Source: Macrostomum hystrix (Eukaryota > Animalia > Platyhelminthes). From it: 64,000 nt of DNA. Every line of letters starts with the position of its first letter. Position 1 is the first letter of the stretch. The translations under genes and the position numbers were made by a program. Shown one piece after another: positions 47,805 to 59,864 of this stretch. The stretch covers positions 3,162,001-3,226,000 of the forward strand of contig CATNEN010000024.1 in the NCBI GenBank assembly GCA_950097015.1. The letters are read 5' to 3'. Under the pieces are notes generated by a model. The model searched no databases. It was not told where the DNA came from and worked only from the letters and a program-made list of their open reading frames with translations.

Positions 47805-49838
47805 CAGTCTGAGGAAGGGGTACAAGACAGTCTGAGGAAGGGGAGAAGACAGTCTGAGGAAGGGGAGAAGACAGTCTGAGGAAGGGGAGAAGACAGTCTG
47901 AGGAAGGGGAGAAGACAGTCTGAGGAAGGGGAGAAGACAGTCTGAGGAAGGGGAGAAGACAGTCTGAGGAAGGGGAGAAGACAGTATGAGGAAGGCGTAC
48001 AAGACAGTCTGAGGAAGGCGTACAAGACAGTCTGAGGAAGGCGTACAAGACAGTCTGAGGAATGGGAGAAGACAGTCTGGGGAAGGGGCGAAGACAGTCT
48101 GAGGAAAGGGTAGACAAGACAGTCTGAGGAAAGGGTAGACAAGACAGTCTGAGGAAGGGGAGAAGACAGCCTGAGGAAGGGGAGAAGACAGTCTGAGGAA
48201 GGGGTAGACAAGACAGACTGAGGACGGGGTAGACAAGACAGTCTGAGGACGGGGTACAAGACAGTCTGAGGAAGGCGTACAAGACAGTCTGAGGAAGGCG
48301 TACAAGACAGTCTGAGGAAGGCGTACAAGACAGTCTGAGGAAGGCGTACAAGACAGTCTGAGGAAGGGGCGAAGACAGTCTGAGGAAAGGGTAGACAAGA
48401 CAGTCTGAGGAAAGGGAGAAGACAGTCTGAGGAAGGGGAGAAGACAGTCTGAGGACGGGGTACAAGACAGTCTGAGGAAGGCGTACAAGACAGTCTGAGG
48501 AAGGGGAGAAGACAGTCTGAGGAAGGCGTACAAGACAGTCTGAGGACGGGGTACAAGACAGTCTGAGGAAGGCGTACAAGACAGTCTGAGGACGGGGTAC
48601 AAGACAGTCTGAGGAAGGGGCGAGAACAGTCTGAGGAAAGGGTAGACAAGACAGTCTGAAGAAAGGGTAGACAAGACAGTCTGAGGAAGGGGAGAAGACA
48701 GTCTGAGGAAAGGGTAGACAAGACAGTCTGAGGAAAGGGTAGACAAGACAGTCTGAGGAAGGGGAGAAGACAGTCTGAGGAAGGGGTACAAGACAGTTTG
48801 AGGAAGGCGTACAAGACAGTCTGAGGAAGGCGTACAAGACAGTCTGAGGACGGGGTACAAGACAGTCTGAGGAAGGCGTACAAGACAGTCTGAGGAAGGG
48901 GTACAAGACAGTCTGAGGAAGGGGTACAAGACAGTCTGAGGAAGTGATACAAGACAGTCTGAGGAAGGGGTACAAGACAGTCTGAGGAAGGGGTACAAGA
49001 CAGTCTGAGGAAGGCGTACAAGACAGTCTGAGGAAGGGATACAAGACAGTCTAAAGGAAGGCGTACAAGATAGTCTGAGGAATGGGTACGAGACAGTCTG
49101 AGGAAGGGGTACAAGACAGTCTGAGGAAGGGGTACGAGACAGTCTGAGGAGGGCGTACGAGTACAAGACAGTCTGAGGAAGGGGAGAAGACAGTCTGAGG
49201 AAGGCGTACAAGACAGTTTGAGGAAGGCGTACAAGACAGTCTGAGGAAGGCGTACAAGACAGTCTGAGGACGGGGTACAAGACAGTCTGAGGAAGGCGTA
49301 CAAGACAGTCTGAGGAAGGGGTACAAGACAGTCTGAGGAAGGGGTACAAGACAGTCTGAGGAAGTGATACAAGACAGTCTGAGGAAGGGGTACAAGACAG
49401 TCTGAGGAAGGGGTACAAGACAGTCTGAGGAAGGCGTACAAGACAGTCTGAGGAAGGGATACAAGACAGTCTAAAGGAAGGCGTACAAGATAGTCTGAGG
49501 AATGGGTACGAGACAGTCTGAGGAAGGGGTACAAGACAGTCTGAGGAAGTGATACAAGACAGTCTGAGGAAGGGGTACAAGACAGTCTGAGGAAGGGGTA
49601 CAAGACAGTCTGAGGAAGGCGTACAAGACAGTCTGAGGAAGGGATACAAGACAGTCTAAAGGAAGGCGTACAAGATAGTCTGAGGAATGGGTACGAGACA
49701 GTCTGAGGAAGGGGTACAAGACAGTCTGAGGAAGGGGTACGAGACAGTCTGAGGAGGGCGTACGAGTACAAGACAGTCTGAGGAAGGGGTACGAGACAGT
49801 CTGAGGAAGGCGTACAAGACAGTCTGAGGAAGGGGTAC
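47805..49838. repeat. GACAGTCTGAGGA satellite array 3 (mostly 22-26-bp variants, with duplicated ~420-bp blocks near its right end)
   Basis: Direct reading. Confidence 0.96.
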
Positions 49839-50539
49839 GGTAAGTATTAGGGGCCCTCTAAGCCCTATCCAGTCCACCCTGTACGTATCGCAGTCTTTGG
49901 ACAAAGTTAAACTTCCAATTGCTATACTGCTTCATTGCTTAAATATAAAATTAATTCTAACTTAAGAACTGTGGACATAACCAGAAGTTTGCGTTAAATG
50001 GAACATTTATTTCACTACGCAAAACGACAGGAATTAGGAATACTTGAAAATACTTCAATAGCAAAAAATCAATTGCAGATACGAAAGTAAAAAAATGTTA
50101 TTTGAGTTGATCCAGGCAATCGATTTCAGCCCTCAAACAGTTCTAAAATGCCAAGGACAAAAAACTAACCTTCGCAAAATTTGAAGTCTTGGCTGACGAC
50201 ATAGCAAGCTACGAGTTTTCTTTGATAACAATCTAATTTTCTGCTTTTTTGCTCAGTTGAGCTATAGAAAGAATTTCTATGCTATTTTGTCTGATAATTA
50301 TTTTTAACGTTTGGTCTAGGCTGCGATCATCAGCGACTATGAAAGTGAGCTATGAAACTTTCGTGATTTCCAATTAATAAGACACAAAATCTGTTAAACG
50401 ACGACCCTATAATTACCAACACCCTAAAAAAAGGCTGCCATTGGTTCGATTCGCTCTTCTAGTCTTCGTTGTTGCAGTTCTTGCTGGCACAGGTACGCCT
50501 CATTGTGCCGATTCCGCTAACCCCTAGCCAAATCACTAG

Positions 50540-50760
50540 GGGATGAGTGGCAGAGGGGTCTTATGCATATGCCTCTCGTACCAAGGTCCCTGAGATCGAT
50601 TCCTCGGAGAGGCTACATTCATTTGTAGTCAGTCGCTGCAGTGGAGAGAAGAGGGCTTTGGGAGAAACTCAGGACAGATGTACGCACCTGTGAGTGTGCG
50701 CCTTCGTACGGTATGTGTGCGTGTGTGCTCAGGAGTCAGTGGAATGGGCAGAATTGCCTT
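50540..50760 (+). mobile_element. SINE family A, diverged 3'-truncated copy in duplication copy 3
   Basis: TGAGTGGCAGAGGGG ... GTCCCTGAGATCGATTCC after the equivalent flank CCAAATCACTA. Confidence 0.78.
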
Positions 50761-50762
50761 CG

Positions 50763-51087
50763 AATGTGATTCGAAAAACTAATGAGGAGTGAAATGAGCT
50801 GTACGCAAACGGGGGGTAGGAAGGAGATGAACATAATCAGCTAGCCAATCAGCGATCTATAGCTGCTCTAAAAATAAAAAACTAGAATTAAGCCAAGGAG
50901 TGAGGTGGGCTGTCAGCAAAGGGGCAGGAGATGAAATTACGCCACTAGCCAATCAGCGCATGGGTGGGGAATTGTCGCTGGAATCAGGCTAGCAAAACAA
51001 ACAAAACAAAACAAAACTTTAAATGATCAATGATTTATAATTACTTAACTCTCACCTTGTATCCGGGCAGTGTTGGCTGCAGCATTG
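50763..51087 (-). pseudogene. Duplicated PEPCK fragment: intron 2 segment plus the last 32 nt of exon 2 (source 25019-25236)
   Basis: Near-identical sequence including the splice donor and the exon codons for [10 protein letters not shown]. Confidence 0.93.
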
Positions 51088-51089
51088 TT

Positions 51090-51782
51090 TGTTAGGTGTT
51101 TTATGGAGACAGCACGGATTAGGTGTTTTATGGAGACAGCATGGATTAGGTGTTTTGGGGAGACAGCACGGATTAGGTGTTTTGGGGAGACAGCACGGAT
51201 TAGGGGTTTTGGGGAGACAGCACGGATTAGGTGTTTTGGGGAGACAGCACGGATTAGGGGTTTTGGGGAGACAGCATGGATTAGGGGTTTTGTGGAGACA
51301 GCATGGATTAGGGGTTTTGTGGAGACAGCATGGATTAGGGGTTTTGTGGAGACAGCATGGATTAGGGGTTTTGTGGAGACAGCATGGATTAGGGGTTTTG
51401 GGGAGACAGCATGGATTAGGTGTTTTGGGGAGACAGCATGGATTAGGTGTTTTATGGAGACAGCATGGATTAGGTGTTTTATGGAGACAGCACGGATTAG
51501 GTGTTTTATGGAGACAGCATGGATTAGGTGTTTTATGGAGACAGCACGGATTAGGTGTTTTGGGGAGACAGCACGGATTAGGGGTTTTGGGGAGACAGCA
51601 TGGATTAGGTGTTTTGGGGAGACAGCACGGATTAGGGGTTTTGTGGAGACAGCATGGATTAGGGGTTTTGGGGAGACAGCATGGATTAGGGGTTTTGTGG
51701 AGACAGCATGGATTAGGGATTTTGTGGTTAACAGCATGGATTAGGGATTTTGTGGTTAACAGCACGGATTAGGGGTTTTGGG
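51090..51782. repeat. Second array of the 27-bp G-rich minisatellite (same family as 29320-29725), ~25 copies
   Basis: Direct reading; shares the right flank GGGAGC(T/G)GCACTTA with the first array. Confidence 0.95.
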
Positions 51783-52179
51783 AGCGGCACTTATCAGCGA
51801 GGTATTCCTCAACGTCATGAGACAGCTAGTTTATAGAGCCGACGGCGACCACCAATTCGAGCGCCGGCGGGAGCACATAGTGGCAATACTCATCACCCAG
51901 CAGCGGCATCAGCGAAAGCAAGCACAGCGCATCCACCGACAGTTCACCCAGCAGCAACATCATACCCAATGAAAGTTGGCGCACCCACTCGGCCATGTTC
52001 ATGTATGACATCGGCTGAACTTCATCCACTAGTTCATCATCCGCCATCTCAACTGTGGGCCCCACCAACGCCGACATATCCGAGTGCTGCACATGCTCCT
52101 TCGCATCAATATAGCCAACCCATGTTGCCCCCAGTGCCAAAGCCGCAAGTCTAATCTGGACTACCTCGTATCTACCTAG

Positions 52180-55000
52180 CATTCGATATGAAGAGCTCGT
52201 GCAGTTTCTGAGGGCACGACACGGTGGAGCAAAAAAGCACAGAATCGATCCGGCTAGAGCTTCGCAGTCGCTGCCGTGGGAAAGAAGAAAATTTTGAGCA
52301 GCTTCTCACTGCCCTTCAACGCCTGGCCATGAAGGCATTCCCAGATCCAGGAGCCCACAAATTTCAGCAGCAGGAAGTACTGGACCAGTTTGTTTGATCA
52401 GCGGCAGCAGCCACACCAACATCAGCATGCGCCGTTGAAGAGCCAAGGTAGTCCAAAACCTGCCTGGGGACTGCCAGCTAGTCAACAGCCCCTACCACAT
52501 CCGAGAACTCAATCAATGCTGCAAGCGCCTCAGCGACCAGCTCCAGTCTGCTTTAGCTTCAATCAACCAGGTTACATGGGCAGAAACTGCCCAAATGCCA
52601 TTGGGGAGGGGGCTGGTCCGCAGGGCCAGTGCCGGCCCTCTCAGCATTCAGTAAGCTGGGTCCGACCTCATGCCCAAGCTGCCAAATAAGTCAAGTATGT
52701 TTTGCTGCGATGCGCATTTGCAGGCGACGCCATCCCTGTTTGATAGACACGGGTGCTGAAGTCTCGAGAGAGAACATGGTGCGACCAGTAAGGCAGCAGC
52801 TAAGGCCCAGCAAAACCAATATCTATGGCGGGAGTGGCAATCAGTCAAGCGTGCTGGGCGAGATTACATTGCAATTCTCTCTTAAAGCAGTGAAGTTCTG
52901 GCACACCTTTCTACTTGTAGCTGATCTGAATGCGCCTGTCATCATTGGGTGCGATTTAGTGGACATTCATGACTGCTCAATCCACCTACAATCGGGCTGT
53001 CTCGTTTTCAACAAGCAATGAGCAACAGCACCCTTGCGGAAATCCAAGCAAGCAGCTCGATCCTGCAAACTAGTTGCCACAGTGGCAGTCCAAATTCACC
53101 CTGGTGACAGTTGGACCGTCCCTGTGCGTCTAATTCAGTCGTATTCATGGACCGACTCCGAAGCGCCAGGCATAATCTGTGGCAAGAAGTCGTTTAAAGT
53201 TCTAGTTGCACGCTGCGCGGCCAAGCTAACTGACAGCTGCATGGGCGTTGCTGTCATCAACCCAGGAGAAGCACCTGTGGCCATAAACGTAGGCGACACC
53301 ATCGGTTGTTTCACACCACTCAGCAGCCAGCCTCGATCTGCCGATTCAAATTACGACGGAGACAACAGCCAGAGCCAACGAGAACGCAACCTGGCTGCAG
53401 AAAGTGCGAATTGCAGACGAAATTCCAGTAGACCAAAAGCAGCAAGTTTAGGGATCTGCTCATGGAATTTAGCGACGTATTTGCAACGCCCGACAACCCA
53501 GGCTGCACACGCCTTCTGACGCCGGGTTTGCGGCGAGCAGCCCCGGCAGTCATAGTCCAACAGAAACATCTTGTCGACGAAATGCTCAGCAAAGGCGTCA
53601 TTCGACCCTCATCATCACATTGGGCGTCACCAGTCGTCCTGGTCCAAAAGCGAGATGGTTCGGCACGGTTTTGTCTTGACTACCGGCTGCTGAACTCAGT
53701 GTCCAAGCCGGACGCCTTCCCGCTGCCCCGAATCGACAGCACGATCGACGCACTGGAAGGCAACAGTATACTTTCGGCACTGGACCTGGAAAGCGTGTAC
53801 TGGCAAGTACTGATGAGTGAAGAGGACAAGGAAAAGACGGCGTTTATTCGCCATGAAGGCCTCTATGAATTTTATGGAATGCCGTTCGGCCTCTGAAACG
53901 TACCGGCCACATTCCAGTCGCTGATGCAGCTCATCCTCCGAGGCCTGACGTGGCAAGCATGTTTGGTCTTCATCGACGATGGGACGGACAATTGCGGAGC
54001 ACAACAAACACCTCAGAAGCGTGCTGGAGCGCTTGTGTGAGGCCAATCTGCGTCTCAAGCCGTTGAAATGTCGATTTGCTAACACTAGCATCATCGTGTT
54101 GGGCCACCGTGTCTCAAAGTCTGGCATCTCGGTCGACGACTCCAAGACAGCGGCCGTGCGAAATTCGCCGAGGCCGCGTTCGCCGAAGGATGTGAAAAGC
54201 TTCTTAGGCAACACATCGTACTGCAGACGTTTTGTCCAGAATTACGCCAGGATCGCAGAGCCTCTGAGGCGATTCACCCTGACGAGAACCATCGAGTGGA
54301 AGCCAGCAGCTAAATCAGCGTTTAACAAGCTAAAGAAGGCGCTCACGTCTGGCATTTCCGGACACCTACCCGACCAGTTCCGCCTACAACCTAGACACGG
54401 ACGCAAGTGACTGCGCTATCGGCACTGTCCTAAGCTGGCCAGGAACGTGTGGTGGCCTATGTGAGCCGCACATTTTCCACGGCAGAACGGAATCGTTCTG
54501 TGACCAAGCGCGAATTACTTGCAGCGGTGGAATTCACCGAGAAATTTCGGAGCTACGTGCTACCTAGGCCATTTACGAGCTACGATCCGAGTCGCTCATC
54601 AAGCACTGACCTACTGACATTCAAGGAGCCGGAAGCTCAACTGGCAAGGTGGCTACAGATTCTGGATAAGTTCAACTTCCCAGTTGTGTTTCGACCTGGA
54701 CGTTATCACGACCACATGTCGATTCGCAGCCGACACCCGATATCGAGGGCGATCAGCGCCTACAAGACGGGAGACGGTCAGGCACACATAAAGAATGGCG
54801 CACCGAAGGCAGCGATATTACAATCTGAAGGCTGCGCGGCGCCGATTTCGTGTCGGCGACCTTGTCTGGGTGTTCGTGCCGCCATCAGCTCTGTCGCGGA
54901 CAACTGAAAACACCAGGCGCCGTGGACCAGGCCGTTCCAGGTCCTGCGACGGACTTCGCCTGTAGATTACCTGGTGCTGCCAGTGGAGTACAAGGATGGT
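52180..55000 (+). mobile_element. Decayed Ty3/Gypsy retrotransposon: gag, protease, RT, RNase H and a C-terminal integrase piece; frameshifted, no LTRs seen
   Basis: Degenerate zinc knuckle CFSFNQPGYMGRNCP, protease LIDTGAEVS, RT DYRLLN..DAFPLPRID / LDLESVYWQV / MPFGL / FIDD, RNase H SRTFSTAERNRSVTKRELLA, WTRPFQV; integrase core absent. Confidence 0.92.
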
Positions 55001-55867
55001 GACGGCGGCCATATATAAAATCATTTCATTTTTTATGGCGCCAAATATAGTTTTTTTGTATGCCTTCCAAATATAGTTTTATGTTCTAGTTTTAACTGAT
55101 TGCAGTGGTTTTATTTTTCTAGAAACTTGATTAGATGTTCTAGCTAAAACTCTTTTTTGCATCAAATACTCACTCAAAAATACTCACCTTTTGCATCAAA
55201 TACTCACATGTCTTAGACTCATTTTGTTGTTAAACACTTGCGGTCAGTTGCTGGATTAATGAGGGCCTTGCCCAGTAGCTACTGTTGCGTTGCTAACTTG
55301 TATAACTAAACTATCTTGTGTGATCGTTTAGTCCTTTCAAAACAACTTGTCACTTCGTATTATTGAAAGCATTTCGCACCTGTGTTACTATTCATTTGAA
55401 GTGTTGTTTTGTTGAGCCGACATTTCCTGTGTGATTTTAGTTGCTCATTTTTACTTCTTATCTACTGCTCTTACTACTAATAAGACTGCAATGAGGACAT
55501 TGTTCTAAATTCGCTTGGTTGTTAAATAGTTTACTATAATTATTTAAATCATTACTTCAAATTCTAATAGTCTAATTGTAGCTCAATTTTAGCATTTCGA
55601 CACTCTCACTCGTATCTTTCTCGTTCTGAATGCTTTGTTAAAAATGCAAAAATTAAGCGCTATTTTAAATAAGCTTTCTACTTCTCTTGTCAACCAATTA
55701 CACATATTTATTCGCAAAACCTGTTTCATTTCGTTTCAAAAAATAAACCTGAAGATGCACCTAGGAGTGCGAAACGCGTCGTACAACTAATTTAATGTTG
55801 GTTTTCGCTTTCATCTTTATCTTACTTGCCAAGCGAGCAACTTTACCAGACTCCTTTTGTTGATTTT

Positions 55868-56547
55868 CCGTTTTTGGGTGAGATTTCATTGGGGTAAGAT
55901 TTCATTAGGTGAGATTTTATTGGGGTGTGATTTTATTAGGTGAGATATCATAGGGGTGAGATATCATAGGGGTGAGATATCATAGGGGTGAGATTTTATT
56001 GGGGTCAGATTTTTATTTGGGTGAGGTTTTATTGGGGTGAGATTCCATTGTGTGGGATTTCATCTGGGTGAGATTTCATCTGGGTGGGATTTCATTAGGT
56101 GAGGTTTTATTGGGGTCAGATTTTTATTTGGGTGAGGTTTTATTGGGGTGAGATTCCATTGTGTGGGATTTCATCTGGGTGAGATTTCATTAGGTGAGAT
56201 TTAATTGGGGTCAGATTTTTATTTGGGTGAGATTTTATTGGGGTGAGATTTCATTGGGGTGAGATTTCATTGGGGTGAGATTTTATTGGGGTGAGATTTC
56301 ATTGGGGTGAGATTTCATTGGGGTGAGATTTCATTGGGGTGAGATTTCATTGGGTGAGATTTCATTGGGGTGAGATTTCATTGGGGTGAGATTTCATTGG
56401 GGTGAGATTTCATTGGGTAAGATATCGTAGGGGTGAGATTTCATTTGGGTGAGATTTCATTGGGTGAGATTTCATTGGGTGAGATTTCATTAGGGTAAGA
56501 TTTCATTGGGGTGAATCTCACACAAATCTCACCCCAATGAACAAACG
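55868..56547. repeat. 16/17-bp array (GGGGTGAGATTTCATT) ending in an inverted unit
   Basis: Direct reading; AAATCTCACCCCAATGA at 56524-56540 is the reverse complement of the unit. Confidence 0.93.
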
Positions 56548-57390
56548 AAAAATACGAGTGAATAAAGACTTTACAGTTTTATTTTAACTCGGCAACGTAA
56601 GTCTTTTTATTTTTTCATTGCCAGGAAAGAAAGTTTTTTTATTATATGCTCTGGAAAAAAACACTAGCTTGTGTAGTAATTAAATAGGACGAGAGACATC
56701 GAACCACAAGCTAGTTTAACAATCAATATCAGAATTGACGAAAATTTAACTGACATGAAAAAAGATTACAGATAGATTTACTCAACAGGACAGTTGACAA
56801 AAATTACACTGGATTTTGATTTTTTTTCGTCGTTTTGCTTTTTTATCTTACAAATTCGAAAAAAATTAACATGCAAATTTGAACTTAAAAAAGACATTTT
56901 AAAATAAATCGACACATAACGAAGCATGTTTGTCAATCTAAAAAAAACACAAATTGCATTGAAAGCAACACTCACAGATGTAGCGAATGAAAAGAGATAA
57001 TGAAAAGTCTTATAAATTAATCTTCTCTGTACAAGACAACGAATGGAGAAATTCAAACGAGCTTGATGATCGATCCTTATTAATTTTTAACTTTAAATAC
57101 TTGCTTTAACAATTTGACAATTTTTTCCGTACAGCTTCTACAGGGGGTGTGATTCTCACATTGAAATGCAATTATATTTACCCACCATTTAGAATCTCAT
57201 GCAGTTGTCACTCATACGACTTCAAGCTATTAGAAGTATGCATTGCTGGAGGTGCGCGAGATTAATAAAGCACAATAATACAACTTGGATTGCAACTTAC
57301 AGATAATCAAAAGACAGACATATTAGTGTTTGGTGTTCTCTGTTCTTCACTTCATCAGTCGCTTCACCCGGGTGGCTGTAGAAAGTAAGG

Positions 57391-59183
57391 TCAGTAAACT
57401 TGACCAGCGGAGTGACTAGACTCTGGCGGCTGCAGGCCGGAGTACATGTGCGTGAAGCTCTGGTGGTAGCCAGACGGCGGGCTGTCAGCGCTGACGCAGT
57501 GTGACGTCGGCATGACGTTGCGCTGCTGAAGCTGATGCTGCTGCTGCAGCGGGGGCGGCGGCGGTTGTTGCTGCTGCTGCTGCTGCGGCTGTTGCTGATG
57601 CTTGAAATGCAGCGGACTGTTATAGCTGCATTCGTCAGTCATAAAGCGAGCCGCAGCAAACTGCTGTTGTGCCGCCTCCATCATGTACTCATGATGATGC
57701 TGGGCGTCCAGTTTGGATAGCATCACGTGCCGATTGATGTCCAGGCTGGAATTGTTGCAAAATTAAAGGCATGATTGAACTGTTTGCTATACTACTGGCA
57801 GTACAATGGCATGTGAGCAAGCCGCGCCTGATTTGGCACCAACAGCGGATGGGCCGCCGTGATGGGGCGTGGCGGAGCAACGCCCGGATGAATGGGGCGT
57901 GGCCGATGTTGCAGAGGAATCCCATTTGCTCCACTCGCATCCGTCATTTACCTACATGGCTGATGGACTCGGCCGGTTCCACTCCTTCCCCATTTCCCTG
58001 AATCCCGGATTGAAGAGGAAATCCGAGATCCGCATGCTGCGACTGGAGTCGGGTGACAGAAAACTCCTTCCCCCCATCCAGTCCTCTGCAGTAGCTCACT
58101 TCGCTGCGTTAAAAAGCTTCAGGCAGGAAACGGAAAACAGAATAAGGATGGTTTAAGGCATCTCGCGCGGGATGGAATGGGACATCTCCCCCCGCCGCAC
58201 CCACCTTCTAAACTCGAGTCAGACGCACCGTGCAGCCCTCGCTGACTGCTCTGAAACCTAAAGCTCGCACGATGGATTAAGAATCTAGCTAGGCAACTGG
58301 GAACTGTATGGGACAAGCTATGGAGTTTTAGATAAGTAAGCTGCGTCTGCCTTATACATTTGTAGCCATTAACTAGAAGAATGGCATCTACAGCGTAGGG
58401 AGTTAGCAACACTCACTGGCACTGCTGCATGTGAACTCCCGGACCAGGGATTAACTGATGCTGCTGCTGCTGATGCGTGTGCGGCGTGCGGTCACGCTGG
58501 CGCCTGTTCTTGAACCAGTTGCTGACCTGCGTCATTGTGAGGCCAGTCGAACTGGCCAGCTGTTTCTTCTCCTCGGGTGTCGGATAGCGATTCTGCTTGT
58601 AGCACTCCTTCAGTGCCTGGCGCGACTTCTCCTTGAAGCAGTAGATTGTCTCCTCGCCGTCCCAGATGGTCTTTGGCAAGGGATACTTGCGCCGCAGCCT
58701 GTACTTGTCCACGGCGCCCAGCGGTCGGCCGCGAATCTTCTGCGCCTCGATGTAGTGCGCCTTGTACCACATCTGCTGCAGGTAGGGGTGGCTGGCTGGC
58801 TGGAACTGGTAGCTCTCCAGCACCCTGTACAGCTCAGTGAAGGCATTGTTGTGAAAGGCCACTGCGGCGCGAGCCTTCTGCACCGATTCTGACTTCATGA
58901 CGGACTCGTCGGCGTTTGCCAGCGAGGCGACGAACGACCCCAGCCGGTGCATGTCCCCGCGGTGGATGAGGGCCTCGCATACGCAGGCGGCCTGATCAGG
59001 TGTGAACAGCATCATTGCTCTGCACTCCATGGCAGCCAGTTCTGGGCAGCTCTCGGCCTTGATGGACGCCGCCGATGACGCCTGCATCATCGATGGGTGC
59101 AGCTGCGGCGGCGGCGGCGGCGGCGGCGGCGAGGCCTCGATTTCCATGGCCTCGTGAATGTGATGCGATTCAGCTGACATCAT
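57391..59183 (-). CDS. Six4/5: SIX-class homeobox protein, Six4/5 subfamily; exons 59183-58417, 57745-57391
   Basis: SIX domain ([27 protein letters not shown]) plus homeodomain [11 protein letters not shown]...[14 protein letters not shown]; AVDKY and ETxY are Six4/5-type; phase-2 GT-AG intron. Confidence 0.93.
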
Positions 59184-59339
59184 TGCAGGTAGCTAACAAA
59201 CTAAGGCTGTCCGAATTAATCCAACTTCAATAGTCGAGTTTTAACTCACTGACAAAAAAAATTCTAATCTTTTGTAATTCGCAATATGAGAATTCTCGGC
59301 TTTTTTAAACCCCCCCTTCTAAAGAATATTTCCCCTTCC

Positions 59340-59560
59340 TCGCCACCCGGCCTAGAAATTGAGCGCCCAATGGCGACGGGACCAGCTTCGCATTCGGGCA
59401 GGCGACCCGCGCCCTCCGTTCTGACGGCCGGACCAATCAGCTGCGCCCGGCAGTCACGGGGGGCGGCTCAATGCCTCCCTGCCGAGCAGAGCGGGGGTGG
59501 AGGAAGCGGCTTCATCTTGCTGCTCTGATTGCTCTCTGATTGCAGGGTTTCATTGGAGAC
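59340..59560 (-). promoter_or_regulatory. Probable TATA-less promoter of Six4/5
   Basis: GC-rich island with CCAAT boxes (near 59367 and 59433), a GGGGCGG box and repeated CTGATTG, 160-380 bp upstream of the ATG. Confidence 0.45.
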
Positions 59561-59864
59561 TCAGAAACTCTTGTCGGGTCACATTTCGCATTAATATAAA
59601 ACTGTCTTCATTTTTAAAGGTGCTAAGATGCCGATTTTCTGTAGAGGCTGTCACTTGTATTGAAAAATAATTTATTCGTAAACTCTGTTGCCATGTGATT
59701 CTGTATCAGGGATGTGACCGGCCCAATCATCAGAAACATTGACTGGGAAGAGATACTGGTCATAACTGATCAATGACAGGGACGAAATCGGTCTCAAAAT
59801 AACCTTAATGAGGCCAGTCTCTATGACTAGAAATATTTTCTAACAAAACAGAAAGTGGTCAGAT

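Larger units (their letters stand above)
41880..50760. other. Tandem segmental duplication: copy 1 ~41880-43600, copy 2 ~45055-47810 (near-identical, plus mariner, minus 358 bp), copy 3 ~49845-50760 (diverged, truncated), separated by satellite arrays
   Basis: Long exact matches, e.g. GGCATGGGCCCTCTAAGCCATACC near 41.9 and 45.08 kb; 42378-43600 colinear with 46584-47810. Confidence 0.93.

Noticed and set aside
43578-49904. 450-650-aa SSDCL/PFLRL ORFs in all three minus frames
   Set aside because: Open in every frame because the satellite lacks stops on that strand
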